Positions 1 to 7,751 of a stretch of DNA of 34,951 bases are shown here, piece after piece. The DNA is from an uncultured virus (IMG/VR IMGVR_UViG_3300032213_001453). Taxonomy: Duplodnaviria; Heunggongvirae; Uroviricota; Caudoviricetes. The DNA is taken from the IMG/VR virus record IMGVR_UViG_3300032213_001453. One strand, given 5' to 3'. Position 1 is the first letter of the stretch. The number at the start of each line of letters is the position of its first letter. The notes below the pieces were generated by a model that was given only the letters and a program-made list of their open reading frames with translations, did no database searches and was not told where the DNA came from. The translations under genes were made by a program, and so were the position numbers.

Positions 1-2
1 TT

Positions 3-1172
3 CCACCTAAGAAAGAGACAACCATAAAGCCACCTGCTGCGCTTAAGCCTAGCGTTGATTGGGATGGAGAAGAGGTTCAAGTTACCTCAGAAGTTTATAG
101 CGAGCCTGTGAAGGATTGGGACGAGCTTCTTGCGGAACTTGGATACGATCCTCAGATGTATGAAGTTATTGAGCCTGTCAAGATTTCTTCTTGGGATGCT
201 AATGCTGGTGAGGGAGAAGTCAAGAGACTTTATTCTTATAAGATAGGCATTAGGGCTAAGAGGGAAACTCAGTATCGTGACGAAGATTACAAAGATCTTG
301 TGACTCTCATTAAGAAGCATCGTCCTTTGACAGAAAAGAATGCTGATGGTGACTCAACTTTTGTTGTGTGCCTTTCAGATTGGCAGCTTGGAAAGGCTGA
401 TGGGGATGGAACTGACGGAACTATCACGCGCATCTTAGATATGATTGATGGTGTGACTGAGCGTATCCGCGAACTCCAGAAGTCAGGGCGAAAGATGAAA
501 ACGCTAGTTGTCGCCGGTATCGGTGATATGGTGGAGAACTGCGAAGGACATTACGCTAGTCAGACGTTCACCGTCCAGTTGAATCGTAGACAGCAGATCC
601 GTGTCCTTCGCCGTCTTTTGACTAAGGCGGTTACTACTTGGTCAAAGATGTTCCCCGAAGTTCTGATTGTCTCAGTTCCGGGCAATCATGGGGAGAATCG
701 AAATAGCTCAGGAAAAGCCTTCACAACTAGGGGAGATAACGATGATGTCGCTGTCTTCGAAATGGTTGCAGAGATCCTCTCCGCCAACCCCGAGGCTTAT
801 GGCCATGTTAAATTTATTATTCCTGAGGATGAAATTTCTTTGGTGATAGAAACTAATGGAACCTATTTGGGCTTTGCTCATGGTCATGTAACTAGCAATG
901 GCGCTGATCCTCAGAAAAAGGTTAAGGAGTGGTGGAAGGCGCAGACGTTTGCGAATAATCCGATTGGCCATGTAAATATTCTTATAACTGGACATTATCA
1001 TCATTTTTCTATTATTGAACATGATAGAACTAAGATCCATATGCAGTGTCCGGCTATGGACGGCGGGAGTGAGTGGTTCAAAGATTTGACTGGTGTTGAC
1101 TCTAGAACTGGTACACTTACTTTCGTTGTAGATAAAACTAATCGTCCCTATCGGGACTTGGAAATCATCTGA
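3..1172 (+). CDS. Calcineurin-like metallophosphoesterase / nuclease (MRE11 or DNA pol II small-subunit-like), 5'-truncated by the window
   Basis: Motifs SDWQ, GDMVE, GNHGE, FAHGH and TGHYH in canonical order. The frame is open from base 3 (PPKKETTIKPP...), so the true start is probably upstream of the window, not at GTG 108. Confidence 0.85.
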   Translation, partial: PPKKETTIKPPAALKPSVDWDGEEVQVTSEVYSEPVKDWDELLAELGYDPQMYEVIEPVKISSWDANAGEGEVKRLYSYKIGIRAKRETQYRDEDYKDLVTLIKKHRPLTEKNADGDSTFVVCLSDWQLGKADGDGTDGTITRILDMIDGVTERIRELQKSGRKMKTLVVAGIGDMVENCEGHYASQTFTVQLNRRQQIRVLRRLLTKAVTTWSKMFPEVLIVSVPGNHGENRNSSGKAFTTRGDNDDVAVFEMVAEILSANPEAYGHVKFIIPEDEISLVIETNGTYLGFAHGHVTSNGADPQKKVKEWWKAQTFANNPIGHVNILITGHYHHFSIIEHDRTKIHMQCPAMDGGSEWFKDLTGVDSRTGTLTFVVDKTNRPYRDLEII

Positions 1173-1185
1173 GGAGGTGAATTAT

Positions 1186-1479
1186 ATGAATACTTTAGGC
1201 GTAGCAGCACTTGCAGGCTTTGTTGTTCCTTTCATTGTTTCTTATCTTAAGAACACCGATTGGTCAGCACAGGCGAAGCAGGGCGTTTCGGTGGTTATTT
1301 CACTGGTTGTTGCCTTTGGCATTACCGCAATTGACAATGGTGTCGATCTTGGGAACTGGAAGGATCTTCTTCTTAATCTTGGTGTCGTCTTCACTGTCGC
1401 TCAGGTTTTCTACCAGCAGTACTTCGGTGGAACTTCTCTCAACAGTAAGCTTGAATCGATTGGAGTTGGATCTAAGTGA
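1186..1479 (+). CDS. Holin-like small membrane protein
   Basis: About 97 aa with 2-3 hydrophobic segments and a LKxxxWS motif. The SD GAGGAGG (1171-1177) fits ATG 1186 better than GTG 1177. Confidence 0.55.
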   Translation: MNTLGVAALAGFVVPFIVSYLKNTDWSAQAKQGVSVVISLVVAFGITAIDNGVDLGNWKDLLLNLGVVFTVAQVFYQQYFGGTSLNSKLESIGVGSK

Positions 1480-1679
1480 ATCTCACTTATCAACTTAAAT
1501 GTAAAAGATGTGGAGGCTTTATCTATGAAGAAGAAGACTTCTATGATGAAAACGACACAAGAATAATGCAACTCGGATGTTATATTTGTTCCCACAAGGG
1601 ATATATCAAATATAAGAAATGGGAAGTCTTCAAGCAGAGATTGACAGAAGCGGTTATCAGAAGTGCATCACGAAGTTGA
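1476..1679 (+). CDS. Small zinc-ribbon protein
   Basis: CKRCGG...CYICSH Cys pairs; GTGA overlap with the previous stop. Confidence 0.65.
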   Translation: MNLTYQLKCKRCGGFIYEEEDFYDENDTRIMQLGCYICSHKGYIKYKKWEVFKQRLTEAVIRSASRS

Positions 1680-2130
1680 TCTTGTAAAGATAAAGGTAGG
1701 CAAACTTTATAGGATGCCTAATAGAAATGCTGTGAGAGTGATAAGAGTAGATTGGATGAAGAATCTTGTCATCGTTCGAAATTATCACTCTCATAGCAAT
1801 GAAGTTATTGAGTATGAAAATGCTCCTAGTTTACTTGTGCCTCTTCTGAAGATAGGAGATGTCGCTAGGATTGTTGGCAGAAAACCTGCTACTATTCGCA
1901 AGTATGAGAACAATGGTCTTTTGCCACAGGTAGAAAAAATTGCTCTAAATCACGACGGTAAGACGTGGACTAGGATATACTCTCCTGAAGACATTGAAGT
2001 TGTGGCCGAATTCTTTAACAGAAGGAAGCCTGTAGGAAGGCCTGCAGACACAAATGTTGCGGGCATAAACAAATCCACAGTTAAGCGAAAGCTTGACTCT
2101 ATGTATATAAGAGGTAATGATAATGGCTAA
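1663..2130 (+). CDS. MerR-type helix-turn-helix DNA-binding protein
   Basis: LKIGDVARIVGRKPATIRKYENNGLLP...RIYSPEDI matches the MerR HTH pattern. Confidence 0.8.
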   Translation: MHHEVDLVKIKVGKLYRMPNRNAVRVIRVDWMKNLVIVRNYHSHSNEVIEYENAPSLLVPLLKIGDVARIVGRKPATIRKYENNGLLPQVEKIALNHDGKTWTRIYSPEDIEVVAEFFNRRKPVGRPADTNVAGINKSTVKRKLDSMYIRGNDNG

Positions 2131-2350
2131 TTTAACGCCCGAAAAAGATGATGAGAATACCATTTGGTGCTCCGTAGGTATTACACGGAATCTTGGTAAT
2201 TATGAGTCTCTGAGAATTGATGCCGGTGCTCGTTATACTGTTAGTCCTGAACAAACTAAAGATGAGGCTTGGAAGAGCCTTTGGGAAGAAGTTCAGGCTC
2301 AGATTGAAGCACAGTTGCTTGAGGCTGACAGAGGTCTGGCTGAGAGCTGA
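2123..2350 (+). CDS. Hypothetical phage protein
   Basis: Coupled ORF with a TRNLGNYESLRIDAG motif; GAGG SD upstream; start 2123 or 2117. Confidence 0.7.
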   Translation: MANLTPEKDDENTIWCSVGITRNLGNYESLRIDAGARYTVSPEQTKDEAWKSLWEEVQAQIEAQLLEADRGLAES

Positions 2351-2676
2351 TGTCTGCGAATCTTAAAAAGGTTCACTGGACTAAGGAAGCACTCTGCAAG
2401 TTTGACAAGAAGTTTACTTCTTTTCATATTGACGATATACAAGAAGCAAAGTTAATATGCGAAGGTTGTCGGGTGCAGGTAGAGTGTATAGTGGCAACTG
2501 CTGAGACGGACGGTTCGTTCATTTCCGCAGGTATGTCTAAATATGATAGGTTACTTCTACAATGGAAGCGAGTTGAAAGCGCAAATGAAGCCAGCTTCAG
2601 AGACAGTTCTGCGTATGTTTCAGTCGTATTGCAACGAGTTCGGGAAGCTATTTCTTCCGGAACCTCGTCAGAATGA
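2350..2676 (+). CDS. Divergent WhiB-family (Fe-S) transcription factor
   Basis: W..EALC...AKLICEGCRVQVEC gives four Cys in WhiB spacing. The G(V/L)WGG turn is replaced by FISAG. Confidence 0.6.
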   Translation: MSANLKKVHWTKEALCKFDKKFTSFHIDDIQEAKLICEGCRVQVECIVATAETDGSFISAGMSKYDRLLLQWKRVESANEASFRDSSAYVSVVLQRVREAISSGTSSE

Positions 2677-2908
2677 TATTATCGATAGTTTAACCGGATA
2701 TTACTCTAAGTATTATTCACTTGATGTATTAGAAAAGTGTGTCCGGGAGTATGTAAAGACAAGCCCAGATCCTATTCTCGTTTATAATTTTGCGTTGGAT
2801 AGTAGCAAGATTAGAGATAAGGTTGTGGAGCTTGAGAAGTCCAATAAAAATTTCGAACGTCTTGTGAAAGAGACGGAGCAGAGGATGCGTGAGTTTGATG
2901 AATTATGA
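2543..2908 (+). CDS. Hypothetical protein upstream of the helicase (start uncertain, probably later than 2543)
   Basis: Open frame overlapping the helicase start, with a coiled-coil-like C-terminus. Confidence 0.6.
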   Translation: MIGYFYNGSELKAQMKPASETVLRMFQSYCNEFGKLFLPEPRQNDIIDSLTGYYSKYYSLDVLEKCVREYVKTSPDPILVYNFALDSSKIRDKVVELEKSNKNFERLVKETEQRMREFDEL

Positions 2909-4124
2909 GCTTAATTTGCTCAATAGCATCATCAAGACGGGTGATGTTGCTTCCTGTATTGAGCAGGGAGTGGATCATGTTTTTGCTGAGTATGGCGATG
3001 TATGGAATTTCATTGTGGAGTTTAATAATGAGTATGGACAATCTCCATCGAAAGATGTTGTAAAGTCAAACTTTAAAAGCTTTGAGTTCTTTACAGCAGA
3101 ATCGCCGTTGCAGTTCTATATAGATGATGCGAAGAAGCAGAGTCTTGGCCGTGGTGTTCGTGGGGCGCTCTTTAAGGCTTCTGAGGCGCTAAAGAGTGGT
3201 GATGATCCTGCAAAGATTCTTACTCTTATTCAGAATGAGTCGGCGCAACTTATCCGTGATTCGGGAAGACTTAAGGATTCCAATATTGCTGATTGGTCTG
3301 AGCGTGCAGATATTCTGCGGGATCGCATTGAGAACCCTGAAAACAAGGCTATCGGTGTAACCAGTGGAATCAAGGTTATTGATGCACATTTTGGCGGTTT
3401 TCAGCCGGGAGACTTTGTTGTTGTTATTGGCTGGACTGGTGTAGGTAAATCTGCGCTTACCAGATTGATGGCTGCTAACGCTTGGCGTGCAGGCTATGTG
3501 CCTCTTATCATTTCTCTTGAGATGGATCGTCTTCAGGAAGAGTTCCGGATGGATACTATCCTGAATGCTGGCGAGGTTTTTACTAACACTCAGCTTAACA
3601 ATGGCAAGGGTGTTAGTAGTGATCGTTATGAGGGATGGGCTAAGGAGATGTTTGATGGTAAGCCTCCGTTCCATCTTGTAACGTCAGATGGTATTGAGAC
3701 TGCCGATCAGCACTTTGTTCAATCCAAAATTGAGCAATATAAGCCTGATCTTGTGATCCTTGATTATCACACTCTCTTCGATGATGCCAACAAGGGCGGA
3801 TCTGAAACTGAGAGGGCTAAGAATTTGTCTAAGGCCTTCAAGAGAATTGCTGTACGCAATCGTGTCCCTGTAATTGATGTTTCAGGTGTTACTATGGATG
3901 ATGGCCATGATGAGCGTCCTCCGGAACTTAGTGAGATCGCTTGGAGTAAGCAGCTTTCTTATGATGCAGATATGGTGCTTGCTGTGCATCGTTCTGTTGG
4001 TAGTGATATTTTTCAGGTAGTTACTCGCAAAACGAGACGCTGTGCTCCTTTTGCTTTCTATCTTCGTTGGAATCTAGATTCTGGTCAATGGAAGGAAATT
4101 TATGAACACGAAGCGCAAGAATAA
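2898..4124 (+). CDS. dnaB: DnaB-like replicative helicase
   Basis: GVTSGIKVID, Walker A GWTGVGKS, ISLEM, Walker B LVILDY, and the YDADMVL motif. Confidence 0.93.
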   Translation: MNYELNLLNSIIKTGDVASCIEQGVDHVFAEYGDVWNFIVEFNNEYGQSPSKDVVKSNFKSFEFFTAESPLQFYIDDAKKQSLGRGVRGALFKASEALKSGDDPAKILTLIQNESAQLIRDSGRLKDSNIADWSERADILRDRIENPENKAIGVTSGIKVIDAHFGGFQPGDFVVVIGWTGVGKSALTRLMAANAWRAGYVPLIISLEMDRLQEEFRMDTILNAGEVFTNTQLNNGKGVSSDRYEGWAKEMFDGKPPFHLVTSDGIETADQHFVQSKIEQYKPDLVILDYHTLFDDANKGGSETERAKNLSKAFKRIAVRNRVPVIDVSGVTMDDGHDERPPELSEIAWSKQLSYDADMVLAVHRSVGSDIFQVVTRKTRRCAPFAFYLRWNLDSGQWKEIYEHEAQE

Positions 4125-4302
4125 GAGGCCCATCTATACAATTACTGGAGAGGCGATTGATCAGGAAACTATCATCCGTCAGCGTCCGATGATTGAGGAC
4201 TTCGTTAGAGAGAATACTAAGAAGCATTTTCGCAAGACTTCTGTGAAGTGGAGTATGAATAGTAAAGGTAACTTTAACTTTACTGTAGAATTCTATGCTT
4301 GA
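4102..4302 (+). CDS. Hypothetical protein
   Basis: 66-aa ORF bridging helicase and primase, with an AAGGA SD. Confidence 0.6.
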   Translation: MNTKRKNKRPIYTITGEAIDQETIIRQRPMIEDFVRENTKKHFRKTSVKWSMNSKGNFNFTVEFYA

Positions 4303-5215
4303 TATTTTTGAGTACATAGAGAGTCGGGGTATTCAGGTAATCCGTGATGATGGATCGGAACTTGCTTGCTATTGTCCATTTCATTCCAACATGGATACTC
4401 CGGCTTTCTATGTAAATAAGACAACTGGACTGTGGATTTGCTTTAATCCATCTTGCGGTAAAACCGGATCTATCAGAGATCTGATGGAGTTCTTTGGTGA
4501 TCATGGAAAGATCGTCAGAGATTATTCTCTTGATGAGATTCAGAAGAATCTTGTTTATACCGAAGATGCGAAGGAAGACAATTCGTGGGACGAAGCTCTT
4601 GATTCTATTAGGCTCACATATCCCGAGGATTTAGATAAGGTTAAATACCTTGTCGATAGAGGCTTCTCTGAAGACACTATCTCCTACTTTGACATCGCTT
4701 ATTCTCCTTCTAAGAGGCGTCTAGTTATTCCGGCGAGGAATGAGCGCCATAAGGTGATAGGCTTTATTGGGAGAACTACGGAGGCTGATGTTCAGCCGAA
4801 GTATCTTTATTCGAAGGGTTTTCCTAGAAAAGATATATTGTTTAATCTGAACAATGCTAAGAAGTATAATACCTGCATTGTGGTCGAAGGAAGTCTTGAT
4901 GCGTTGAGAATACATCAGGCCGGATTTCCGAATGTTGTAGCATCTCTTGGTGCTACAATTACAGATGGCCATATATCTTTGTTGAACAAGTACTTCGATA
5001 ATATCGTTATCTTTTCTGATAATGATAGCGCTGGCCATGCCATGAGGGATCAGATAGTTTCCAAATGTTTTGGTAAAGATATCAAGATTGTCAATTTCTC
5101 TGATTCTGGATTGAAAGATCCGGGCGAGATGACTGATGACCAGATATCTACCTATTTAGGTGCAGCGCAAGACTATTTCACATGGAGGTTTGACGATGTA
5201 CTTTCGTCTTACTAA
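4295..5215 (+). CDS. dnaG: DNA primase (CHC2 zinc finger + TOPRIM)
   Basis: CPFH...WICFNPSC, GFIGR, PKYLYS, VVEGSLD, ASLGA and FSDNDSAG motifs. Confidence 0.93.
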   Translation: MLDIFEYIESRGIQVIRDDGSELACYCPFHSNMDTPAFYVNKTTGLWICFNPSCGKTGSIRDLMEFFGDHGKIVRDYSLDEIQKNLVYTEDAKEDNSWDEALDSIRLTYPEDLDKVKYLVDRGFSEDTISYFDIAYSPSKRRLVIPARNERHKVIGFIGRTTEADVQPKYLYSKGFPRKDILFNLNNAKKYNTCIVVEGSLDALRIHQAGFPNVVASLGATITDGHISLLNKYFDNIVIFSDNDSAGHAMRDQIVSKCFGKDIKIVNFSDSGLKDPGEMTDDQISTYLGAAQDYFTWRFDDVLSSY

Positions 5216-5372
5216 GCTTACGGAAGATATTTTTGAGCTACAAGTCAACGATGAGATCATCACCTCATCCATGCTACTTAGCGAGCAGGACTTGTGTATG
5301 CTAGAGGAGGTGCTTGAGGCTTCCTCCACGTTGGGGTTGTCGCAGTCCACCGATAGATGGTATAATGACTAG
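5196..5372 (+). CDS. Small acidic hypothetical protein
   Basis: GGAGG SD upstream of ATG 5196; fills the gap before the next promoter. Confidence 0.45.
   Translation: MYFRLTKLTEDIFELQVNDEIITSSMLLSEQDLCMLEEVLEASSTLGLSQSTDRWYND
5337..5366 (+). promoter_or_regulatory. Sigma70/SigA-type promoter upstream of the SSB-like gene
   Basis: TTGTCG-N18-TATAAT with an extended -10 (TGg-TATAAT). Confidence 0.65.
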
Positions 5373-5439
5373 TGCGCCAGAGTGCGCCTAATCACCAAAT
5401 ATAATACGTTTATAACGTCGAAAGGTAAAGGTAAAAATT

Positions 5440-6105
5440 ATGAGTATGTTTAAGACCTTGAGCGATCTCAAGAAAAATACAATCGAAAACAAGGGTTCAG
5501 GTGGCCCGCAGGATGGAGAGCGTGTTCAACGCTATTTCACCGTGAAGTCCGGTGAATCCTTCCTCATTCGATTCCGTCAGGAACTGACTGAAGATTCTCA
5601 GAACTATTCTGATGAGTCTGGGCTTGCCCATGTTGTTTCTGTACACACCAATCCTAATGATTTCCGCAAGAGTGCAATTTGCACCGGAGATCAGGAAGAG
5701 TTTGGTTATCGTTGTTTCGGTTGCGAGCAGGTTGTTCGTGATCGTGGTTGGAAAGCTAAGCAGCATCTTCTTCTTAATGTTGCTGTGTTTAATGCTGAGG
5801 ACGGTGTTTGGGAACCTCGGGTTCTTGATCAGAAGTTCACAGGCGCTCACGTTGCAGAAACAATTGTGACGTTTGCATCTGAGTATGGTACGATTCTTGA
5901 TCGTGATTTCAAGATTTCTCGTACTGGTCAGAAGCAGCAGACAAAGTACAACCTTATTCCTCTTGCTCCGAAGGACGCCGATCCTAGTATCGCAAGTCTT
6001 CCTGTGCATGATCTTACTCGCGTTTACAAGTTGATGAATCCTGCTGAACAGGCTGGGTTCTACATTGCTGAGGACGACTCCTCAAGCTCTAACGACTGGA
6101 AGTGA
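5440..6105 (+). CDS. Phage single-stranded DNA-binding protein (gp32-like)
   Basis: Sits between primase and polymerase; H..C...CFGC zinc ligands, DFKISRTG..TKYNL motif and an acidic/aromatic C-tail (EDDSSSSNDWK). Confidence 0.7.
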   Translation: MSMFKTLSDLKKNTIENKGSGGPQDGERVQRYFTVKSGESFLIRFRQELTEDSQNYSDESGLAHVVSVHTNPNDFRKSAICTGDQEEFGYRCFGCEQVVRDRGWKAKQHLLLNVAVFNAEDGVWEPRVLDQKFTGAHVAETIVTFASEYGTILDRDFKISRTGQKQQTKYNLIPLAPKDADPSIASLPVHDLTRVYKLMNPAEQAGFYIAEDDSSSSNDWK

Positions 6106-6110
6106 AAATT

Positions 6111-6140
6111 TGGGGGCCGGGAAACCGGCCCCCACTTTCA
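6111..6140 (+). terminator. GC-rich hairpin, probable terminator or processing site
   Basis: TGGGGGCCGG-GAAA-CCGGCCCCCA perfect 10-bp stem with a GNRA loop, right after the stop; short U tract. Confidence 0.7.
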
Positions 6141-6174
6141 CCAAAGTTATTGTAATCGACTGAGGAAAAGGTAA

Positions 6175-6702
6175 ATGATAGTACTTGACATCGACGGTGT
6201 TGTAGCAGACTTTTTTGAAGAGTTGAAGATTACTCTCAATAAGTGTGGACATGATTTTAAACATTGGATGGAGTGGCCTAGTTATGATTGGGAAGATATC
6301 TGCCCTGATATTCCTAGAGATACTCTGAATTCTTTTTTGATTGATCCACTTGTTGTTAAAAACTCTAAAGCTTTTGGTGATGCATGGCATTGGGTCAATC
6401 ACTATAGCTCTAGATATGATGTCATGTATTTGACGGCAAGAGATATCAGCCTTAGTCCTGAGACTTGGGATTGGTTCTTTGAGTGGGATATCCCTGCAGA
6501 CTTTGTGGTTTTTGAGAAAAACAAGCCGGAGTTTGTTAGTCAGATCGAAGTGAGCGTTTATGTTGACGATCATCCTGATATGGCTCAGGGTGCTAAGGAT
6601 CTTGGAGTAAACGCTTTTCTTCTCAATCGCCCTTACAATATTAACGCTGATGTTGATCCTAGTATCAGAATTGATTCTTTGTGGGAAATCGAATTGCCAT
6701 GA
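6175..6702 (+). CDS. HAD-superfamily 5'(3')-deoxyribonucleotidase-like phosphatase
   Basis: Motif I LDIDGVVADF, motif II YLTAR, motif IV YVDDHP, and a C-terminal RPYN. Confidence 0.85.
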   Translation: MIVLDIDGVVADFFEELKITLNKCGHDFKHWMEWPSYDWEDICPDIPRDTLNSFLIDPLVVKNSKAFGDAWHWVNHYSSRYDVMYLTARDISLSPETWDWFFEWDIPADFVVFEKNKPEFVSQIEVSVYVDDHPDMAQGAKDLGVNAFLLNRPYNINADVDPSIRIDSLWEIELP

Positions 6703-7058
6703 GGGTTTTAGTTTCTGGCTCTGATCACGCCAAGATAAATGTTGTTGCTGTCAAAACATTTCTTGATGGTCTTTATGTTTCTTATAAAGATAACTTGTAT
6801 GTTATTTATACTGGAAGTGGCCATGTTTCTGACATTGTGGAGGATTGGGTCAAGAAGACTTGGCCTTCTTCTACAAAAAATTCATTCAATATGGAGTGGC
6901 TAATAAAGCATTGGTCGGATGAATACGAGGGCGTAGGCTATGCTATGATTGAAGAGTCGAAACCAGATCTTTTGTTTTTATTTGGTTATGATTCATATGA
7001 GACAAAGAGAGCCGCGAATTACAATGATATTCCGGCGTTTATAGTGGAGAAAATATGA
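6699..7058 (+). CDS. Degenerate SLOG/YspA (DUF2493)-like protein
   Basis: MRVLVSGS...LDGL...VIYTG...W...MIEESKPDLLFLF...A...IP follows the DUF2493 layout; ATGA overlaps on both sides. Confidence 0.45.
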   Translation: MRVLVSGSDHAKINVVAVKTFLDGLYVSYKDNLYVIYTGSGHVSDIVEDWVKKTWPSSTKNSFNMEWLIKHWSDEYEGVGYAMIEESKPDLLFLFGYDSYETKRAANYNDIPAFIVEKI

Positions 7059-7537
7059 GTGAGCTTATTCCAAATCGTCCCTCTTGGGATGAATATTTTT
7101 TAAATCTTGCGAAGGCAACAGCGCAGAGATCGACGTGTCCTAGTCGGAAGGTTGGTAGCGTAATTGTCAATCCTGATACTAATCAGGTCATATCTATGGG
7201 ATACAATGGCTCTGCAAGACAGACTTCACATTGTACCGAAGATTGCCTGACTAGAGAGTCGGGTAAAAGTTGGAGGAAGTGCAAGGCGATTCACGCAGAA
7301 CTTAATGCGATTATTTCGGCAGCGATGAATGGTGTCAGCACAAATGGTGCTACTATGTATCTGACAACGACTCCTTGTGTTTTTTGTTCAAGGACTCTGA
7401 TTAATGCAGGTATCAAGAAGGTTATTGCCTTAACTTATTATCCGCAGAATGAAGCGATTGAGTTGCTTCAGGAAGGCGGAGTTGATGTTTACGTTGTTAA
7501 TAGTGATTCTATCCCGCCTATCTTTTTGGAGAAATGA
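7055..7537 (+). CDS. dCMP deaminase (ComEB-like)
   Basis: RPSWDEYF, RSTC, GYNG, HAELNAI and PCVFC zinc-deaminase motifs. Confidence 0.93.
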   Translation: MSELIPNRPSWDEYFLNLAKATAQRSTCPSRKVGSVIVNPDTNQVISMGYNGSARQTSHCTEDCLTRESGKSWRKCKAIHAELNAIISAAMNGVSTNGATMYLTTTPCVFCSRTLINAGIKKVIALTYYPQNEAIELLQEGGVDVYVVNSDSIPPIFLEK

Positions 7538-7749
7538 TGTATAAAGCAAGATTTCAGCGTTTCCAGTATCTAGATGTTTCTTTTACAGAAGAAGATTATG
7601 CACTGTGGAAGAAAAGCAATCCTCATTCTATTCATACCCATGAAAATTATTCTAAAGAGTTATGCGATTTCATGTCGGAAGATGACGACTGCTGGAGCAC
7701 TATGGAGTTAGATCTGATCTGCATTATCTCCGGATCAGACAGGGAATAA
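7534..7749 (+). CDS. Hypothetical protein
   Basis: ATGA-coupled 71-aa ORF filling the gap before dnaE. Confidence 0.55.
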   Translation: MMYKARFQRFQYLDVSFTEEDYALWKKSNPHSIHTHENYSKELCDFMSEDDDCWSTMELDLICIISGSDRE

Positions 7750-7751
7750 TC

